Source: an uncultured Methanobacteriaceae archaeon (GTDB lineage: Archaea; Methanobacteriota; Methanobacteria; Methanobacteriales; Methanobacteriaceae). From it: DNA of 64,000 nucleotides. Every line of letters begins with the position of its first letter. Position 1 is the stretch's first letter. Both the position numbers and the translations under genes were made by a program. This document shows positions 46,176 through 58,571 of the stretch, one piece after another. Location: positions 674,437-738,436 of the forward strand of contig CAVZGI010000009.1 of NCBI GenBank assembly GCA_963774795.1. Reading direction: 5' to 3'. Below the pieces are notes generated by a model. It was not told where the DNA came from. It made no database searches and saw nothing but the letters and a program-made list of their open reading frames with translations.

Positions 46176-46431
46176 TAATTATCTAAATATCTAAATTAGC
46201 TATATCTTTAATAAAATAAATAAGCTAAATAACCAATTAAAAAATAATAAGATGATTTTAACTTAAATTAGATGTTTTAAATCAATATTTGTTCAATTAT
46301 TATCATTGTTAATATCCTTTATAGCTATTGAATAAATATTCATCACAATATCAAATAATCTAATTTCAGTATCATGAATTGTCATTAATCAAATATATTT
46401 AACAAATTTAAGCTGCAGGAAGGAGATTTAG

Positions 46432-46689
46432 ATGGATATATTGTTAATTTCTGAGTATATTCTTATGGCTTCGCTGGCCATTTTTGCTCTGGCATCAGTG
46501 AGAATTGCTACCCGAAAAACCATTGGTATGGGCCTGGTAGGGGTTTCTGGACTGAGCATAGCGGTGGCCACCATTTTAATATTAGTTCAAAACATTTACG
46601 GCATTGCATTTTGTAAAGATATTGCCTATGCTCTGGTAATATTGGGTCCAGTAGGAACCATAGCATTTGCCAGGGTTTTGAGGGGATGA
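46432..46689 (+). CDS. Energy-converting hydrogenase small membrane subunit (MrpF-like)
   Basis: 85 aa, three TM helices, operon context. Confidence 0.45.
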   Translation: MDILLISEYILMASLAIFALASVRIATRKTIGMGLVGVSGLSIAVATILILVQNIYGIAFCKDIAYALVILGPVGTIAFARVLRG

Positions 46690-46693
46690 TGGA

Positions 46694-46969
46694 ATGTTAG
46701 ATATAATTATCATACTTAAATCAGCTGTTTTAATCATCGCATCAGTTTTAATAATTTTAACAGCAATTGGTATTTTGAGGTTCAAGGATGATCTGAGCCG
46801 AGTTCTCTATGCCCGGATACACATACTGGGTGTGGCGGACATGGCCTGTATTATTGCTCTTTTAGCCCTTGATGCACCTCTTCTGGCAGTAACTTACTTT
46901 ATTCTGGCACCATTTGCTTCACATGCTATTGCCAATGCCTATTATTACGGAGAGGAAAAAAATGATTGA
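46694..46969 (+). CDS. Energy-converting hydrogenase membrane subunit, MnhG/MrpG-like
   Basis: [24 protein letters not shown] resembles MrpG. Confidence 0.55.
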   Translation: MLDIIIILKSAVLIIASVLIILTAIGILRFKDDLSRVLYARIHILGVADMACIIALLALDAPLLAVTYFILAPFASHAIANAYYYGEEKND

Positions 46970-47195
46970 ATACATTTTAATGATAGTCGCTTTTTTAGGA
47001 GCATTACTGGCTTTAGTGCAGAGAGATCTTTTAAAAGCAGCTATATTAACTGGAATTCCTGGTGCTGCTATAGCATTCCTTTACCAGTATTTATTAGCTC
47101 CTGATGTGGCACTTACGCAAGCTATTGTAGGTTCTGCTATAATCCCAGTATTTTTCGCCTTAGCAGTTTACAAAACCCGGAGAATGGAGGAATAA
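46962..47195 (+). CDS. Energy-converting hydrogenase membrane subunit (DUF4040 / MnhB-N-like)
   Basis: [38 protein letters not shown]. Confidence 0.5.
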   Translation: MIEYILMIVAFLGALLALVQRDLLKAAILTGIPGAAIAFLYQYLLAPDVALTQAIVGSAIIPVFFALAVYKTRRMEE

Positions 47196-47196
47196 A

Positions 47197-47559
47197 ATGG
47201 TCATAGACGTTCAACTCGCATCGTTTTTCACAGCAGCAGGACTAATAGTGCTGGGGATATATGCTGCATTGTTCCTGGACAATTTAATCAAGAAAATAAT
47301 TGGATTAGCTTTCATAGGTGACGGAGTCAACCTTTTCTTAGTTACTATGGGTTACAAACCGGGCGGAATTGTTTATATATATCTTCCGGGAATGGCTGCA
47401 GACTGGTTTGCCCAAAATTCAGCTTATCCATTGCCTTATGCTTTAGTACTAACCAGTATTGTTATTGGGGCTAGTACGCTGGCTGTTATGCTGGGAATTG
47501 TCATAATACTTTATAAAAAACATGGCACCATCAGTGCCTCAAAGGTTTTGAAGGATTGA
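47197..47559 (+). CDS. Energy-converting hydrogenase membrane subunit, MnhC/NuoK-like
   Basis: [18 protein letters not shown] ... [19 protein letters not shown]. Confidence 0.6.
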   Translation: MVIDVQLASFFTAAGLIVLGIYAALFLDNLIKKIIGLAFIGDGVNLFLVTMGYKPGGIVYIYLPGMAADWFAQNSAYPLPYALVLTSIVIGASTLAVMLGIVIILYKKHGTISASKVLKD

Positions 47560-47723
47560 TGAGTGATGGTGAGTAAAATGACTAATTTCGAAATTTTAAG
47601 TTCAAATAGTGATGCAAATCCATGTTTCTCTGATTTTAATTCAGAAATCAAAAAATCATCACGATTTGGAGAATCATCAATGTCTGAATTATCCCGATTT
47701 AAATTCATGGGGGATGATATTAA

Positions 47724-49217
47724 ATGAACCCTCTTATTCCTATAATGGTTATATTACCAATATGTTGTGCTTTATTGCTGAATTTATTCCATAATAAAGA
47801 TAAAACTGTCAAAATTCTGGCTATTGTAGTGGGAGTAATACTGCCTATCATACCACTGGTAGCTAACTATGGTGTACACTACTTTGGAGGTTATCCTCCT
47901 TTAATTGATAATCCTACATTAGCTCAAGGACTTCCCAGTTTTATTACCACTTCTGCACTTAACGTGTTCCACCCAGCAATTACTTACACCTTTGCCAGTG
48001 CCCAAAAAATCTTCATATTTATACTGGGAATCGTGGCATTTTTCGCTATTTTCACTTCATTAAGCGAAACCAGAAAGCCTTCCGGTGTCTACACATTTTT
48101 AATGTTTATGGGAACAGCAGCAATTACGGCCATTCTCTTATCAGACGACATATTCAATTTATATGTCTTTTTCGAAATTGCGGCTCTGGCCCAGGTAGGA
48201 ATAATAATCTGCTCGGGAGTAGAAAGAAACTACGAGACTGCATTAAAGTACATGCTTTTAGGAAGTATTGCGGCACCTATGCTTTTGCTGGGTATTGCTA
48301 TACTTCTGGGATTAACTGGTAATGTAAATATAACAGATATTGTTTTCAGTCTTAAAAATGGACTGGTAGACCCTAAAAATCCTTTATTCTTGATGGCATG
48401 TGGATTAATCTTGTTTGGATGGTTGTATGGATCAGGACTTCCTCCGTTCCACACCATAAAATCTGCTGTCTACAGTAAAGCCCTACCTCACGGAGCAGCA
48501 TTACTCCAAGCATTCTCGGTTTTTACTTTCGTCGCATTGGGAATAATTATAATCCGGATATTTTCATATCTTCCACTTACCCAGTGGGCCATTATATTCT
48601 TCTCTTTGCTGGCCATGATACTGGGAATAACCATGGCACTCATGCAAACTGATTTCAAACGTATAATTGGTTATCTGGCTGTGGGAGAGTTGGGTTACAT
48701 AGGTTTAGGTCTGGGACTGGGGACTGCCTTTGGTATATCTGCTGGACTATTCCAGGCAGTAAATGAAGCTATAGTAACTGCTTTCCTTTTCATTGGTTTT
48801 GGAACTATTCTTTACAAAACTGGAATCAGCGACACCAATAAACTTGGTGGCCTTCTTGCGGATAATCCCTGGGTGGCGGGACTGGTTTTACTGGCTGGAT
48901 TTGCCATGGCCGGAGTTCCTCCATTAAATGTTTTCCAAAGTAAATTACAACTTATTCAGGCGTCTATTGGTGCAGGGTTACCTGAACTAGGTATAATAAT
49001 GGTCTTATTGAGTATAATAACTTTCATGACATTCATGAAGGCTTTTTACACCATTTATCTACGGCCAAGGCCTAAAGATCTGGAGATTATAAATGAAAAA
49101 ATACCAAGAGCAACTATTATTTCCATGGTGGCTTTTCTGGTAATTTGTCTGGTTTTAGGGCTTTTCCCACAACTGGTTACAGACAGCCTTATCCAACTTG
49201 CGCAGGGGCTGGTTTAA
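47724..49217 (+). CDS. Energy-converting hydrogenase antiporter-like subunit (MnhD/NuoN/EhbF-like), about 14 TM helices
   Basis: 497-aa proton-pumping-subunit fold. Confidence 0.8.
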   Translation: MNPLIPIMVILPICCALLLNLFHNKDKTVKILAIVVGVILPIIPLVANYGVHYFGGYPPLIDNPTLAQGLPSFITTSALNVFHPAITYTFASAQKIFIFILGIVAFFAIFTSLSETRKPSGVYTFLMFMGTAAITAILLSDDIFNLYVFFEIAALAQVGIIICSGVERNYETALKYMLLGSIAAPMLLLGIAILLGLTGNVNITDIVFSLKNGLVDPKNPLFLMACGLILFGWLYGSGLPPFHTIKSAVYSKALPHGAALLQAFSVFTFVALGIIIIRIFSYLPLTQWAIIFFSLLAMILGITMALMQTDFKRIIGYLAVGELGYIGLGLGLGTAFGISAGLFQAVNEAIVTAFLFIGFGTILYKTGISDTNKLGGLLADNPWVAGLVLLAGFAMAGVPPLNVFQSKLQLIQASIGAGLPELGIIMVLLSIITFMTFMKAFYTIYLRPRPKDLEIINEKIPRATIISMVAFLVICLVLGLFPQLVTDSLIQLAQGLV

Positions 49218-49388
49218 ATGAAAGAATACGTATCCCGGAAAGAGTTTAATGACCTTGATTTAGAATTGGAGCTTTTAGAATCTGAACTTCTAAAAAGTTT
49301 AAAACAAACCACTCCTAGCATTGATGGTCTTACTAAAACATATGACTTAATTGAAAATAGATCGTTTGGGGGATTTTATGAATCTTTA
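49218..49388 (+). CDS. Possible small hydrophilic subunit (56 aa, acidic coiled-coil-like)
   Basis: ATG overlapping the upstream stop; MKEYVSRKEFNDLDLELELLESELLKSLKQ; ORF only. Confidence 0.2.
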
Positions 49389-49716
49389 TGATCTAATAAT
49401 TAGTAGAATACAAGGTATCCAAGAAAAAGCCAAGGAAATGGAGCCAGTGACTAATATATCTGCTTCATCGGTTTTAGCAGCAGAATTAACTTTAATGTCT
49501 TCAGTACTGATTGCGGCCATTATGATTAGAAAAATAAATGATATATTAATGGTTCTGGTAGTTCTGGGGTTGTTTTTTGTAATGGTTACGGCTATGCCCA
49601 TCATGCCTCGTCTTAAAAAAGAACAAAGTGATTCTTTCAATAACATGGTCTTCTATGTCATTTTGACACTGGGGGTCCTAGTAACATTATTCTACTGGGG
49701 GACAACTCATGTCTGA
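49378..49716 (+). CDS. Energy-converting hydrogenase small membrane subunit
   Basis: GGGGGA RBS before [13 protein letters not shown]; three TM helices. Confidence 0.4.
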   Translation: MNLYDLIISRIQGIQEKAKEMEPVTNISASSVLAAELTLMSSVLIAAIMIRKINDILMVLVVLGLFFVMVTAMPIMPRLKKEQSDSFNNMVFYVILTLGVLVTLFYWGTTHV

Positions 49717-49987
49717 GGGTATAAGAAATCTTTTAGCATCTATTGCACTAGCAATATTTGGAATAACTTTATTCGAGTCTATAATTGGTTTTAAAGCTGC
49801 TTTAAATCCAGGAATAAATCATATTTACTTGTGGGTCGGTACTAAAATAGCTCCTAACATGGTAACCAATGTAGTATTTGACTGGAGAGGATATGATACT
49901 TTGGGAGAGGCATTTATACTGGTTACAGCAGTAGTAATCACTCTTCTGATATTTGGAAGAGGAAAAGTACAGCTGGGGGGTAAATAA
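49709..49987 (+). CDS. Energy-converting hydrogenase membrane subunit with an MnhB-type domain
   Basis: [25 protein letters not shown] is the MnhB domain signature. Confidence 0.5.
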   Translation: MSEGIRNLLASIALAIFGITLFESIIGFKAALNPGINHIYLWVGTKIAPNMVTNVVFDWRGYDTLGEAFILVTAVVITLLIFGRGKVQLGGK

Positions 49988-50470
49988 ATGAGTACCATAC
50001 TTAAAATATTTGTATTCCCTGTAGCCATGCTTATAATGTGCTTAGGAGTTTTAACTATCCTTGGAGGACATATCACACCTGGTGGAGGATTTCAGGGTGG
50101 GGCTATGATTGCTGGAGCATTTATTTTCTGCGCAGTTGTTTATGGAATAAAAGAAAACCCTTTCCACTTTTCCCATAATTTCATGGCTGCTATGGAAAGT
50201 GCAGGAGCATTAATTTATGTATGTTTGGGACTGGCCGGATTAATATTCTCGGGATTTTATCTTTACAATCTTGGAGTAGATTTATACCAAATTGTTCCAA
50301 CATTCATCCAAAACCTATTTGACTATCCTGATGTCATAAACGCAGGTATTATTCCTTATTTGAATATTGTGGTCGGTTTAAAAGTTTTAGTTGGATTAAG
50401 CGCAGTAGTTATTACTTTTATGCAGTTTAACCACGAAGACGAAGATGAAAATGATGCTGAGGGTAATTAA
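49988..50470 (+). CDS. Energy-converting hydrogenase membrane subunit, MnhB/MrpB-like
   Basis: [26 protein letters not shown] motif. Confidence 0.6.
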   Translation: MSTILKIFVFPVAMLIMCLGVLTILGGHITPGGGFQGGAMIAGAFIFCAVVYGIKENPFHFSHNFMAAMESAGALIYVCLGLAGLIFSGFYLYNLGVDLYQIVPTFIQNLFDYPDVINAGIIPYLNIVVGLKVLVGLSAVVITFMQFNHEDEDENDAEGN

Positions 50471-50526
50471 TTATCAGACTAAACATAACTACTAACATGA
50501 ACTAATTACATTAAAGGAGAATAGAA

Positions 50527-50793
50527 ATGTTAAATTTAGGCCCAATATTATTCGGATTCCTGCTGGGATTTATACTGGGATCAAGAATTAAAAATAATCC
50601 TGAAAGTGAAATACACTTCCCTTATTCGTCATATGTGGTAGTAATAATTGCTGCATTATTCATGGCCTGGCAACTGGGTCCTTTCCCTTATTATACTGAT
50701 TCACCTCTGGCCAGTGGATTTGTGGTATGTATAATTGGTATTTTCGTGGGAAAAATTGTTTTCGGGAGCCGAAATACCAAAAAATTAAATTAA
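50527..50793 (+). CDS. Energy-converting hydrogenase small membrane subunit
   Basis: 88 aa, three TM helices, operon context. Confidence 0.4.
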   Translation: MLNLGPILFGFLLGFILGSRIKNNPESEIHFPYSSYVVVIIAALFMAWQLGPFPYYTDSPLASGFVVCIIGIFVGKIVFGSRNTKKLN

Positions 50794-50902
50794 ATTATAA
50801 AATCATTCAGAATTACTAAAATTATGATTAAAGCTCATATGAATAATAACAGATAAATTACATTATTCTTATAAATGTAAAATAAATCTGGAAGGAATTA
50901 TC

Positions 50903-51316
50903 ATGTTTTTATCAACTAACAAGTGCGAGGGCTCAGGGGAATGTATAAAAGAATGTCCTACCGAGGCCATACGTCTGATTGATGGCAAAGCTTTTAGCTG
51001 CATAACTTGCGGAGCATGTGCCGAGGCTTGTCCGAATCGGGCTATTTTCAAAAATAAATACGGCGGATACGTTGTAGATCGGGCTCGATGTAATGCTTGC
51101 GGGGTATGTGAATTCACCTGTCCTGTTAACAGCATAAAAATTGAAGAAGGAGTTATTAAGGGTATCTGTGCCCGATGTGGAATTTGTGTTGATGCATGTC
51201 CACACGAGGCCAGTGTTGATGCCTTTGATATAATCGAAGATCGCCAGCTACAATTTTTAGAATCTTTAAATCTGGCAATACAAGCTCCTAAAAGAGTATC
51301 TACTAGAACAAGATGA
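50903..51316 (+). CDS. Polyferredoxin, 4 x [4Fe-4S]
   Basis: [48 protein letters not shown]. Confidence 0.8.
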   Translation: MFLSTNKCEGSGECIKECPTEAIRLIDGKAFSCITCGACAEACPNRAIFKNKYGGYVVDRARCNACGVCEFTCPVNSIKIEEGVIKGICARCGICVDACPHEASVDAFDIIEDRQLQFLESLNLAIQAPKRVSTRTR

Positions 51317-51332
51317 GGTAGAAAGAATAAAT

Positions 51333-51740
51333 GTGGTTACTGAACTGGATAAATGTACTTTATGTCGCCGATGCGAGTATTACTGTCCTACTGAGGCCAT
51401 AATGGTTAATGTGGATCAGAAGGGTGTTTGTACTGAGTGCCGGGTTTGTGAAGATATTTGTCCTGCAGATGCTATTAAAGACACCACCATTGACAATGAA
51501 AAATGTACTTTATGTCTAAAATGTGTTAAAGAGTGCCCTAACAGTGCTATTTATATAAAAGACTTCCAGGTTTCTATTAAAAAACCAGATATGGATGCCG
51601 AGGGAACTGAAATTATTGCTGAGGGTGCTGAAGCGCCAGAAAATTCTGCAATCACTGGAAGTATTGTATCTTGTTTAAATTGTGGTTTATGTGCTGATGC
51701 ATGTGAAAATGATGCTTTGAGAATGATTGATGGAAAATAA
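51333..51740 (+). CDS. Polyferredoxin, 4 x [4Fe-4S]
   Basis: [48 protein letters not shown]. Confidence 0.8.
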   Translation: MVTELDKCTLCRRCEYYCPTEAIMVNVDQKGVCTECRVCEDICPADAIKDTTIDNEKCTLCLKCVKECPNSAIYIKDFQVSIKKPDMDAEGTEIIAEGAEAPENSAITGSIVSCLNCGLCADACENDALRMIDGK

Positions 51741-51743
51741 GAT

Positions 51744-52309
51744 GTGATCCTTCTATCTGCGCGGAATGTGAAACCATGGCCTGTACTGACAGTATGCCCG
51801 GTAGGAACATTAAGACCTTCAGAAATCCCAGGAATGGGACTAAAAGGCTATTGTGTTTCTTGTGGCCGATGTGTCAAGGTCTGTGATATAAATGAGGCTC
51901 GAAGCTTTAAAAAAGTTACCTGGGATGGAAGCATTTCTGATGACTGTATATCTTGCGGTATATGTGCAGAAATATGTCCTAAAGATGCCATAACTCTTAA
52001 AAGAGGAACTATTGATGTGGATCGGACCAAATGTATTTTATGTGAAAAATGTGGTATTCACTGCCCGGTTGATGCTATACCCAAAACTACCATGCGTAAA
52101 AAATCTATCAAAGACGGATTTACACTTATAAATGATAAATTGTGTATGCAATGCCATTTATGTGAAAAAATATGTCCTGAAGAGGCCATATCTGAAACAG
52201 AAGATGGAAGATTAGTCGTGGATGAAGATAAATGTATATATTGTGGGGCTTGTTTTAATGCCTGCCCTGCCAGAGCAGTAATGTTTGAAAGGGAGTTTGA
52301 GGAATCAGT

Positions 52310-52313
<4 letters not shown>
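51744..52313 (+). CDS. Polyferredoxin, 5 complete clusters plus an orphan CP; same frame as the upstream ORF, separated by one TAA; N-terminus probably frame-shifted
   Basis: [60 protein letters not shown]; an orphan TVCPVGT sits at the start while another frame reads CAECETMAC. Confidence 0.7.
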
Positions 52314-52797
<484 letters not shown>

Positions 52798-52887
52798 TTT
52801 GATAATTTTATCTAATTAATTATTTAAATAAGAATTAGTCATTAATAATCAATTAAAACAAATAATAAAAATTATGAGAGTGATTAA

Positions 52888-53334
52888 ATGAGCCTCAAAT
52901 CATATTCAAGGGCGAGAGCTGTTCATGCCATGCTAGTATATACTGGAGGATGTAATGGTTGCGATATAGAAATCGTAAATGCTGTTTTTTCTCCTAAATT
53001 CGATGCAGAGCAATATAAAATCTTCTTAACCTGGAACCCCCGGGAGGCAGATGTTCTCATTGTCACCGGACCGGTTACTAAACACAATGAAAAACCTTTA
53101 AAAGAGATATATGATGCAATACCTGAACCTAAAGCAGTTATTGCTGCAGGGGCATGTGCTTTAATGGGTGGAGTTTATAAAAACATTCATGGTGATATAC
53201 CCTCTGAAGAAATAGCTGGACCGGTGGATAATGTTATACCTGTGGATGCAAAGGTTCCAGGATGCGCTGTAAGGCCAGAAGATCTTCTGGCAGGTGCAGT
53301 TGCTGCTTTACCTAAACTTTTAGATGCGGAATGA
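52888..53334 (+). CDS. Energy-converting [NiFe] hydrogenase small subunit (NuoB-like)
   Basis: [22 protein letters not shown] and PGCAVRPED cluster-ligand motifs. Confidence 0.9.
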   Translation: MSLKSYSRARAVHAMLVYTGGCNGCDIEIVNAVFSPKFDAEQYKIFLTWNPREADVLIVTGPVTKHNEKPLKEIYDAIPEPKAVIAAGACALMGGVYKNIHGDIPSEEIAGPVDNVIPVDAKVPGCAVRPEDLLAGAVAALPKLLDAE

Positions 53335-53605
53335 AAATTTTTGGGTCCTTAACATCAAAATAACTCTAAACTCAAAATAACTTTAAATCAATAAAAAATT
53401 CTTAAAATTCAATAATAAGTCATAATAAAATTTAAACAAACATAAAATTATTATTCAATAAAATTATTCAATAATGAATTTGAATTAATTAAAAATTTAA
53501 TTAATCAATCATTACCAACTTTATCAAAATAATCATTTAAAAAGTGATATTTATAAAATATATAAAAAATTATCTAAATCACCAAAAAACTTTACAGGTG
53601 TTATA

Positions 53606-54748
53606 ATGGATGAAAATAATAAACCAAAAAGGCAAGAAGTAATAGAGACGGAAGTTACCATGGGAACCGTCCACTCTGCTGCTATCGAGCCTTATCGGGT
53701 TAGACTCTTTGTGGAAGACGAAATTGTCCGAGACGCAGAGATAACCGTAGGCTTAAATCACAGGGGCATTGAACGTATAATGGAAGGGCTACCTGTGGAA
53801 AAGGCCAATAGCTTAACCGAAAAGATATGTGGAATTTGTTCCAACAGCCACATCTGGAATTCAGTAATGGTGGCTGAAAAAGGTCTGGGAATTGAAATTC
53901 CGGAAAGGGCCACCTATATCCGAATAATTATGGGGGAACTGGAAAGACTACACAGCCATTTGCTTTATTTGGCCCATGGAAACGAAGTTTTAGGACATGA
54001 AACATTTGCCATGCGGCTTTTTTACATAAGAGAAACTGTAATGGAACTTTTAAGGATGATTGGAGGTAACCGGGTACAATATGGTGTTTCTATCATTGGT
54101 GGGGTCAGACCACGCTGTGAACTTGATTTAATGAGGATCCAGAAAATCCAGTGAAGGTATGGATCTTATTGAACAGAAAATCACAGAATTTGCGGATACG
54201 GTTTGTTTCTGATCCTATGATAATGTCCCGGATTACTGGGGTAGGTGTTTTAACCAAAAAAGACGCTTTAAGACTGGCTGCAACCGGGCCTACTCTTAGA
54301 TCCACTGGTGTGGACTTTGACCTTCGTCGTGATATGGAGATTTACGATCCATTTGAATTTGATGTCATTACTCAGGATGATGGTGATGTTAAGTCCAATC
54401 TGCTCATGAGGGTTCTGGAAATCCCAGAATCAATTAAAATCATTAGACAAGCCATTAAAAATCATTCCTTCAGGCCCTATAACTGACCGTAGCTGGGAAA
54501 TGCAGGACACGGGCATTATTAAAAGTTATATTGAAGTGCCAAGAGGTAAGCTTTTACACTCTTATGCATTAGAAGAGGGAAGGGTAAGAGGTTCTATAGT
54601 CAGAACTCCTTCTATAACTAATATAGCGGCTATGCAGGAAGCATGCATTGGTAATCATATTAGTGATGCCCAACTGGCTATTGTACAGTGTGATCCTTGT
54701 TTTACCTGCACTGATCGTGCTATAAAGATAACTCAAATTCAAATTTAG
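53606..54748 (+). pseudogene. Energy-converting [NiFe] hydrogenase large subunit broken by at least 3 frameshifts (about 54150, 54205, 54470); likely sequencing indels
   Basis: N-terminal Ni ligand motif [10 protein letters not shown]; C-terminal DPCFTCTDR; fragments sum to about 375 aa; shifts sit at runs such as cagaaaatccag, gtttgtttct, ttaaaaatc. Confidence 0.85.
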
Positions 54749-54759
54749 GAGATTAAGTC

Positions 54760-55762
54760 ATGGAAGCTTCTACTATCATATATTCAACAGCAGCAGTGAT
54801 TGGGACTTTAATCGTGGCATTATTTGTGGGCCTATGGCTGCCAGGAATTGAGAGAAAATTTGTACATGCGAGAATTCAGCAGAGAATTGGACCTCCAATT
54901 TCCAGTCCGGGATTCATGGCTCCTTTGAAGTTTTTTTTCAAAGAAACCATAATTCCTAATTCCCCATTACCACGACTTTACAATGCACTGCCTTTAGTTG
55001 GTTTACTATCAATATTTTTCATATTATTGTTCTTAATACCTCAAATGTACTTTGTTAGGTGCTTTAGCAAGTGTTATAGCTATTGTGGGACTTTTAAAAA
55101 TTGAAGAAGTAATATATGTATTTATGGGATCTTTATCTCGTTCCATAATGTCTTTGTCTATGCCGTTTCCAGATATTGTTAAAGGTGCCAAACATCCTGA
55201 TGTTCCTAGGTCATTTCTAGAAGATTTAAGTGCAATGAGGGCCTTTAGACTTATTGCTTTCGGATCATTTCCCTATATACATTGCATTATTTATTCCAGT
55301 GGCCATGGCCGGTAGTGTATTCTTCAGCGATATAATCTGCTTATCAGCAGATTCAGGGACCTATTTTATTCACTTTAGCTGGGGTCTTTAGGAGCATTGG
55401 TATTTTTCATTGGATACATGATTTTACTAAATGAATATCCATTTGCAATCCTTAAAACTAAAGCTGATGTTATTGAAGGTCCTTATATGGAATACGCCTC
55501 AAAATACAGATCTTATATTTATATTACTAGAGGATTCCTCATGTTTACTTTAGGGGCCATATTTTCAGTTTTATTCCTGGGATTACCTCCTAATATTTTA
55601 AGCTGGTCTATACTGGTTAACATTGCTGTGGCATTAATATTCCCTATATTCATGGCTATATTCAGTGCTTTTGCCCCAATATTCACTTTCAAGCAATTTT
55701 ATCCAGTGGCTGCAGGAGTATCACTTTTAGGAGTTCTGGCAATTGTTATTGCACTTTTTTAA
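54760..55762 (+). pseudogene. Energy-converting hydrogenase NuoH-like membrane subunit, fragmented by frameshifts
   Basis: N-fragment [32 protein letters not shown] (the NuoH signature); C-fragment [30 protein letters not shown]; the middle lies in another frame. Confidence 0.75.
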
Positions 55763-55836
55763 TCTAAAAATACCATAAGTGATATTATTTAATAAAATCA
55801 ATATTTGAATGAAATTTAAATATAATAGGTGATCAG

Positions 55837-56112
55837 ATGAAATTTGTGGTTAGACCTCATCATATTATCAGCACTGGCGGATACATTGTAGAGGTGGATT
55901 TCCCTTACAGAAACCTTATTGTTGTTAATCCCACTTCTGAACCTATTAAAATAGATGTTCCTATTTTTTCAGAGGATTGGATTGATGAACACAGGGCGTT
56001 GGGTTTGGATATTACACCAGTTAAGGAAGAAGATAGTTTTCTAAGTTTATTTCGAAGAGAACAGGTAAAACTTGATAAAATTAAATCTGAGTTAGAATCT
56101 CAAGAGGAATAA
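55837..56112 (+). CDS. Small hydrophilic protein, last gene of the hydrogenase locus
   Basis: 91 aa; operon position; a ggataaa..tttatcc hairpin follows. Confidence 0.4.
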   Translation: MKFVVRPHHIISTGGYIVEVDFPYRNLIVVNPTSEPIKIDVPIFSEDWIDEHRALGLDITPVKEEDSFLSLFRREQVKLDKIKSELESQEE

Positions 56113-56434
56113 TCAAAAACAGAATTATTAATGATTTATCCTTGGATAAATTTCTTTTTATCCATTTAACTCAAATTTTAATTCAAATTAAATAATTCAT
56201 TGATAATTTAAAAATTTTTATTTCGTTTTTCAAATTTTTTTATACTAGTTTTTTATTATAACTTTTTATAATATTTTTATAAATAATCATTATTTTCTAG
56301 GCAAAATATCATGGTACTATTTGCGAATAAATGACTTGAGATTTTACCTAATTCGCTAAAAATTAGCTATAGGTTTATTATTTAAAAATACCATACTATT
56401 TTAATTACAGTTTATCATCTTATGGAGAGATTTA

Positions 56435-56654
56435 ATGAGTAAAGTTGCTATCACCATAAAAACTATTGAAAGACCAGGTGTTTTAAGCCAAATTACTGAT
56501 ATGATTGCATTCAAATGGAATAAATATTACTTATACTCATTTATTTGTAGAAAAAGATGATTCTGGTTCTATTTACATGGAACTTGAAGATGTGGATGAT
56601 ATTGAGAAATTAGTAAGTGTTATTGAAGATTCCGAACCGGTTTTAGAGAGTTAA
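56435..56654 (+). pseudogene. ACT-domain small protein with one frameshift near ttcaaatggaataaat
   Basis: MSKVAITIKTIERPGVLSQITDMIA then, in the next frame, NITYTHLFVEKDDSGSIYMELEDVDDIEKLVSVIEDSEP. Confidence 0.4.
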
Positions 56655-56680
56655 AGTTCATAGGTCTCTGGATGATATAT

Positions 56681-57108
56681 ATGGTAAAAGGATAATTATT
56701 ATTGGTGGGGGTGCCCAGGTGGCCCACGTGGCTATGGGGGCCATTAGTGAGGCAGATCGCCATAATATCCGGGGAGAACGGATTAGTGTTGATACTATAC
56801 CTCTGGTTGGTGAATTGGAACTTGCAGAGGCAGTTTTTGCTGTTGGTAGGCTTCCTAGAGTTGGTGCACTGGTTTTGGCTGGATCTTTAATGGGTGGAAA
56901 AATAACCGAGGCAGTGGAAAAGGTGAAAAAAGAACACGATCTGGTGGTAATTAGCCTTAGCATGCCAGGTAGTGTAACTGAAAAAGCAGATTTGGTCGTA
57001 ACTGACCCTATACAGGCGGGAGTAATGGCGGTTATGGCAGTTGCTGATACTGCAATTTTTGATATTAAAAAAATCTCTGGTAAAAAAGTTTTAGTAAATA
57101 TTTATTAA
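56681..57108 (+). CDS. Conserved hypothetical protein (glycine-rich N-terminus [17 protein letters not shown]); its start is disturbed by a 1-nt indel in an A-run
   Basis: atggtaaaaggataa terminates after 4 codons, but the frame reopens as KRIIIIGGG... Confidence 0.4.
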
Positions 57109-57190
57109 ATAAAATAAAATTTTTAAAATCTTTTTTCAGGAACTAATTAAAATATTAAAATTAAATGAAATTAAAATCAATAATAAACAT

Positions 57191-57503
57191 TTAAAATAAA
57201 TTAAAAAAATTATATATCGTTAGGATTAACTCATTTCTATGGCTCTTATTAATCCTGCTGGCAGCATTTTTAAGCTCAGGATCTTTTATATCGCCACTTT
57301 CACGTACTTTTAATGCTAATTGCAGCACTTTTGACACGTCGGATGGTTTTAAATTTTCAGCCATTTCCAAATAAGTTTGATCTTCTTCTTCTTCAATTTC
57401 GACTTTTTCTTTCGTCCATTAGCTCCAGCATTACTCTGCAAGTACCCATAGCACTGGAATCTTCCATTCCTTCGCATTTTTTCATGAGTTCATCTTGGTT
57501 CAT
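57191..57503 (-). pseudogene. Hypothetical small protein (MNQDELMKKCEGMEDSSAMGTC...) with a frameshift at gaaagaaaaagtcgaa
   Basis: GGTGAT RBS plus ATG on the minus strand; the second frame continues KVEIEEEEDQTYLEMAENLKPSDVSKVLQLALKVRESGDIKDPELKNAAS. Confidence 0.3.
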
Positions 57504-57592
57504 TTTATCACCTGAAATGTAATAATTAATATTAACTTTTAAATGATTTATATTTTGGGATAAAGCAAGACTTTCAAATTAAATTTGCTTTT

Positions 57593-58419
57593 TCACGAAA
57601 AATCAAGATTTTGATGGCATATTTCCAGATAACTGCATTTTTCACACTTTTTAGGGTTTATATTTACTTCGGGTAATTCCCCTAGATTGATTATTTCTCT
57701 TATAGCATCTATTACAATAAATAATCCTTCTTTAAGTTCAGAATCAACGATTACTGGTCTTTTATCTCCAAAATTTTCATAATCTACAAAACCTACCAAG
57801 ACCTCTGTATCAAATTCTCTTTCTATTAGGAGTGCGTATGCTGCTATTTCAATGGCATCTGAATCCCAAATTCCTCTTAAGGGAGGATTTTTTAGATTTT
57901 CGGGATATGGGATAATATTTTCCATTGACAATCTCTATTTTATCCACTGTTCCGGACATTTCCAGGTTTTTGTCTCTGATTAAATAACTTTGCAATGACT
58001 GGCGGAAAAATCATTTCACTATTTGAACAGGATCTCTTTTTGTCTTTAACAACATTCTGTGTATTTTTAGAGCTAAAATTGTATTTTCTACTTTTAAATC
58101 ATTTTCTAACTCTTTATATAGTAAATTCTTTTCAGTTTCACTCTCAAATTCATAGTTTTCCAGAGATTTATTTAATATATAAGGAACGTCTTGAAAAGGT
58201 TTCACTAATTTCGGAAGCATTCATGTCATTTTTTACTTTATCAGAGGTTCTTTCTTCTCAAGTCTCTAAAATCCATTTTTAAATGGCCGAATAATTTTTG
58301 AATTGTTTCTTTCTTTCAATTCTTCATTTTCAATTGTTATCAAGCTCCAAATGATTTTTTAAATACAATTTCAAGGGACAATACAAATATTCAGTTATTG
58401 AAGATACCTTTATTGACAT
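57593..58419 (-). pseudogene. Cas4-like / DUF83 PD-(D/E)xK nuclease with a Cys cluster, split into at least 3 pieces by frameshifts; stand-alone (no CRISPR nearby)
   Basis: N-terminal MSIKVSSITEYLYCPLKLYL; middle EIAAYALLIE (QxxxY-like); C-terminal KKCEKCSYLEIC. Confidence 0.55.
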
Positions 58420-58571
58420 TTTAAAACCTCTCATACATTCATAAATTTATTCTAGTTTTTTTGGGATTTTTAATTACTTTTAAAGACTATTTTGGGACTA
58501 TTTCTTTATTTATTATATTTATATTTTTTTTTATTTTAGTATTACTAACTTTTTAAAAAAAAATTGAGATT

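Noticed and set aside
53606-55762. Genuine loss of the energy-converting hydrogenase (large subunit and NuoH-like pseudogenes)
   Set aside because: The same short-indel pattern near A/T runs hits many unrelated genes nearby while the small subunit and polyferredoxins are intact. A local patch of sequencing errors explains this better than selective decay
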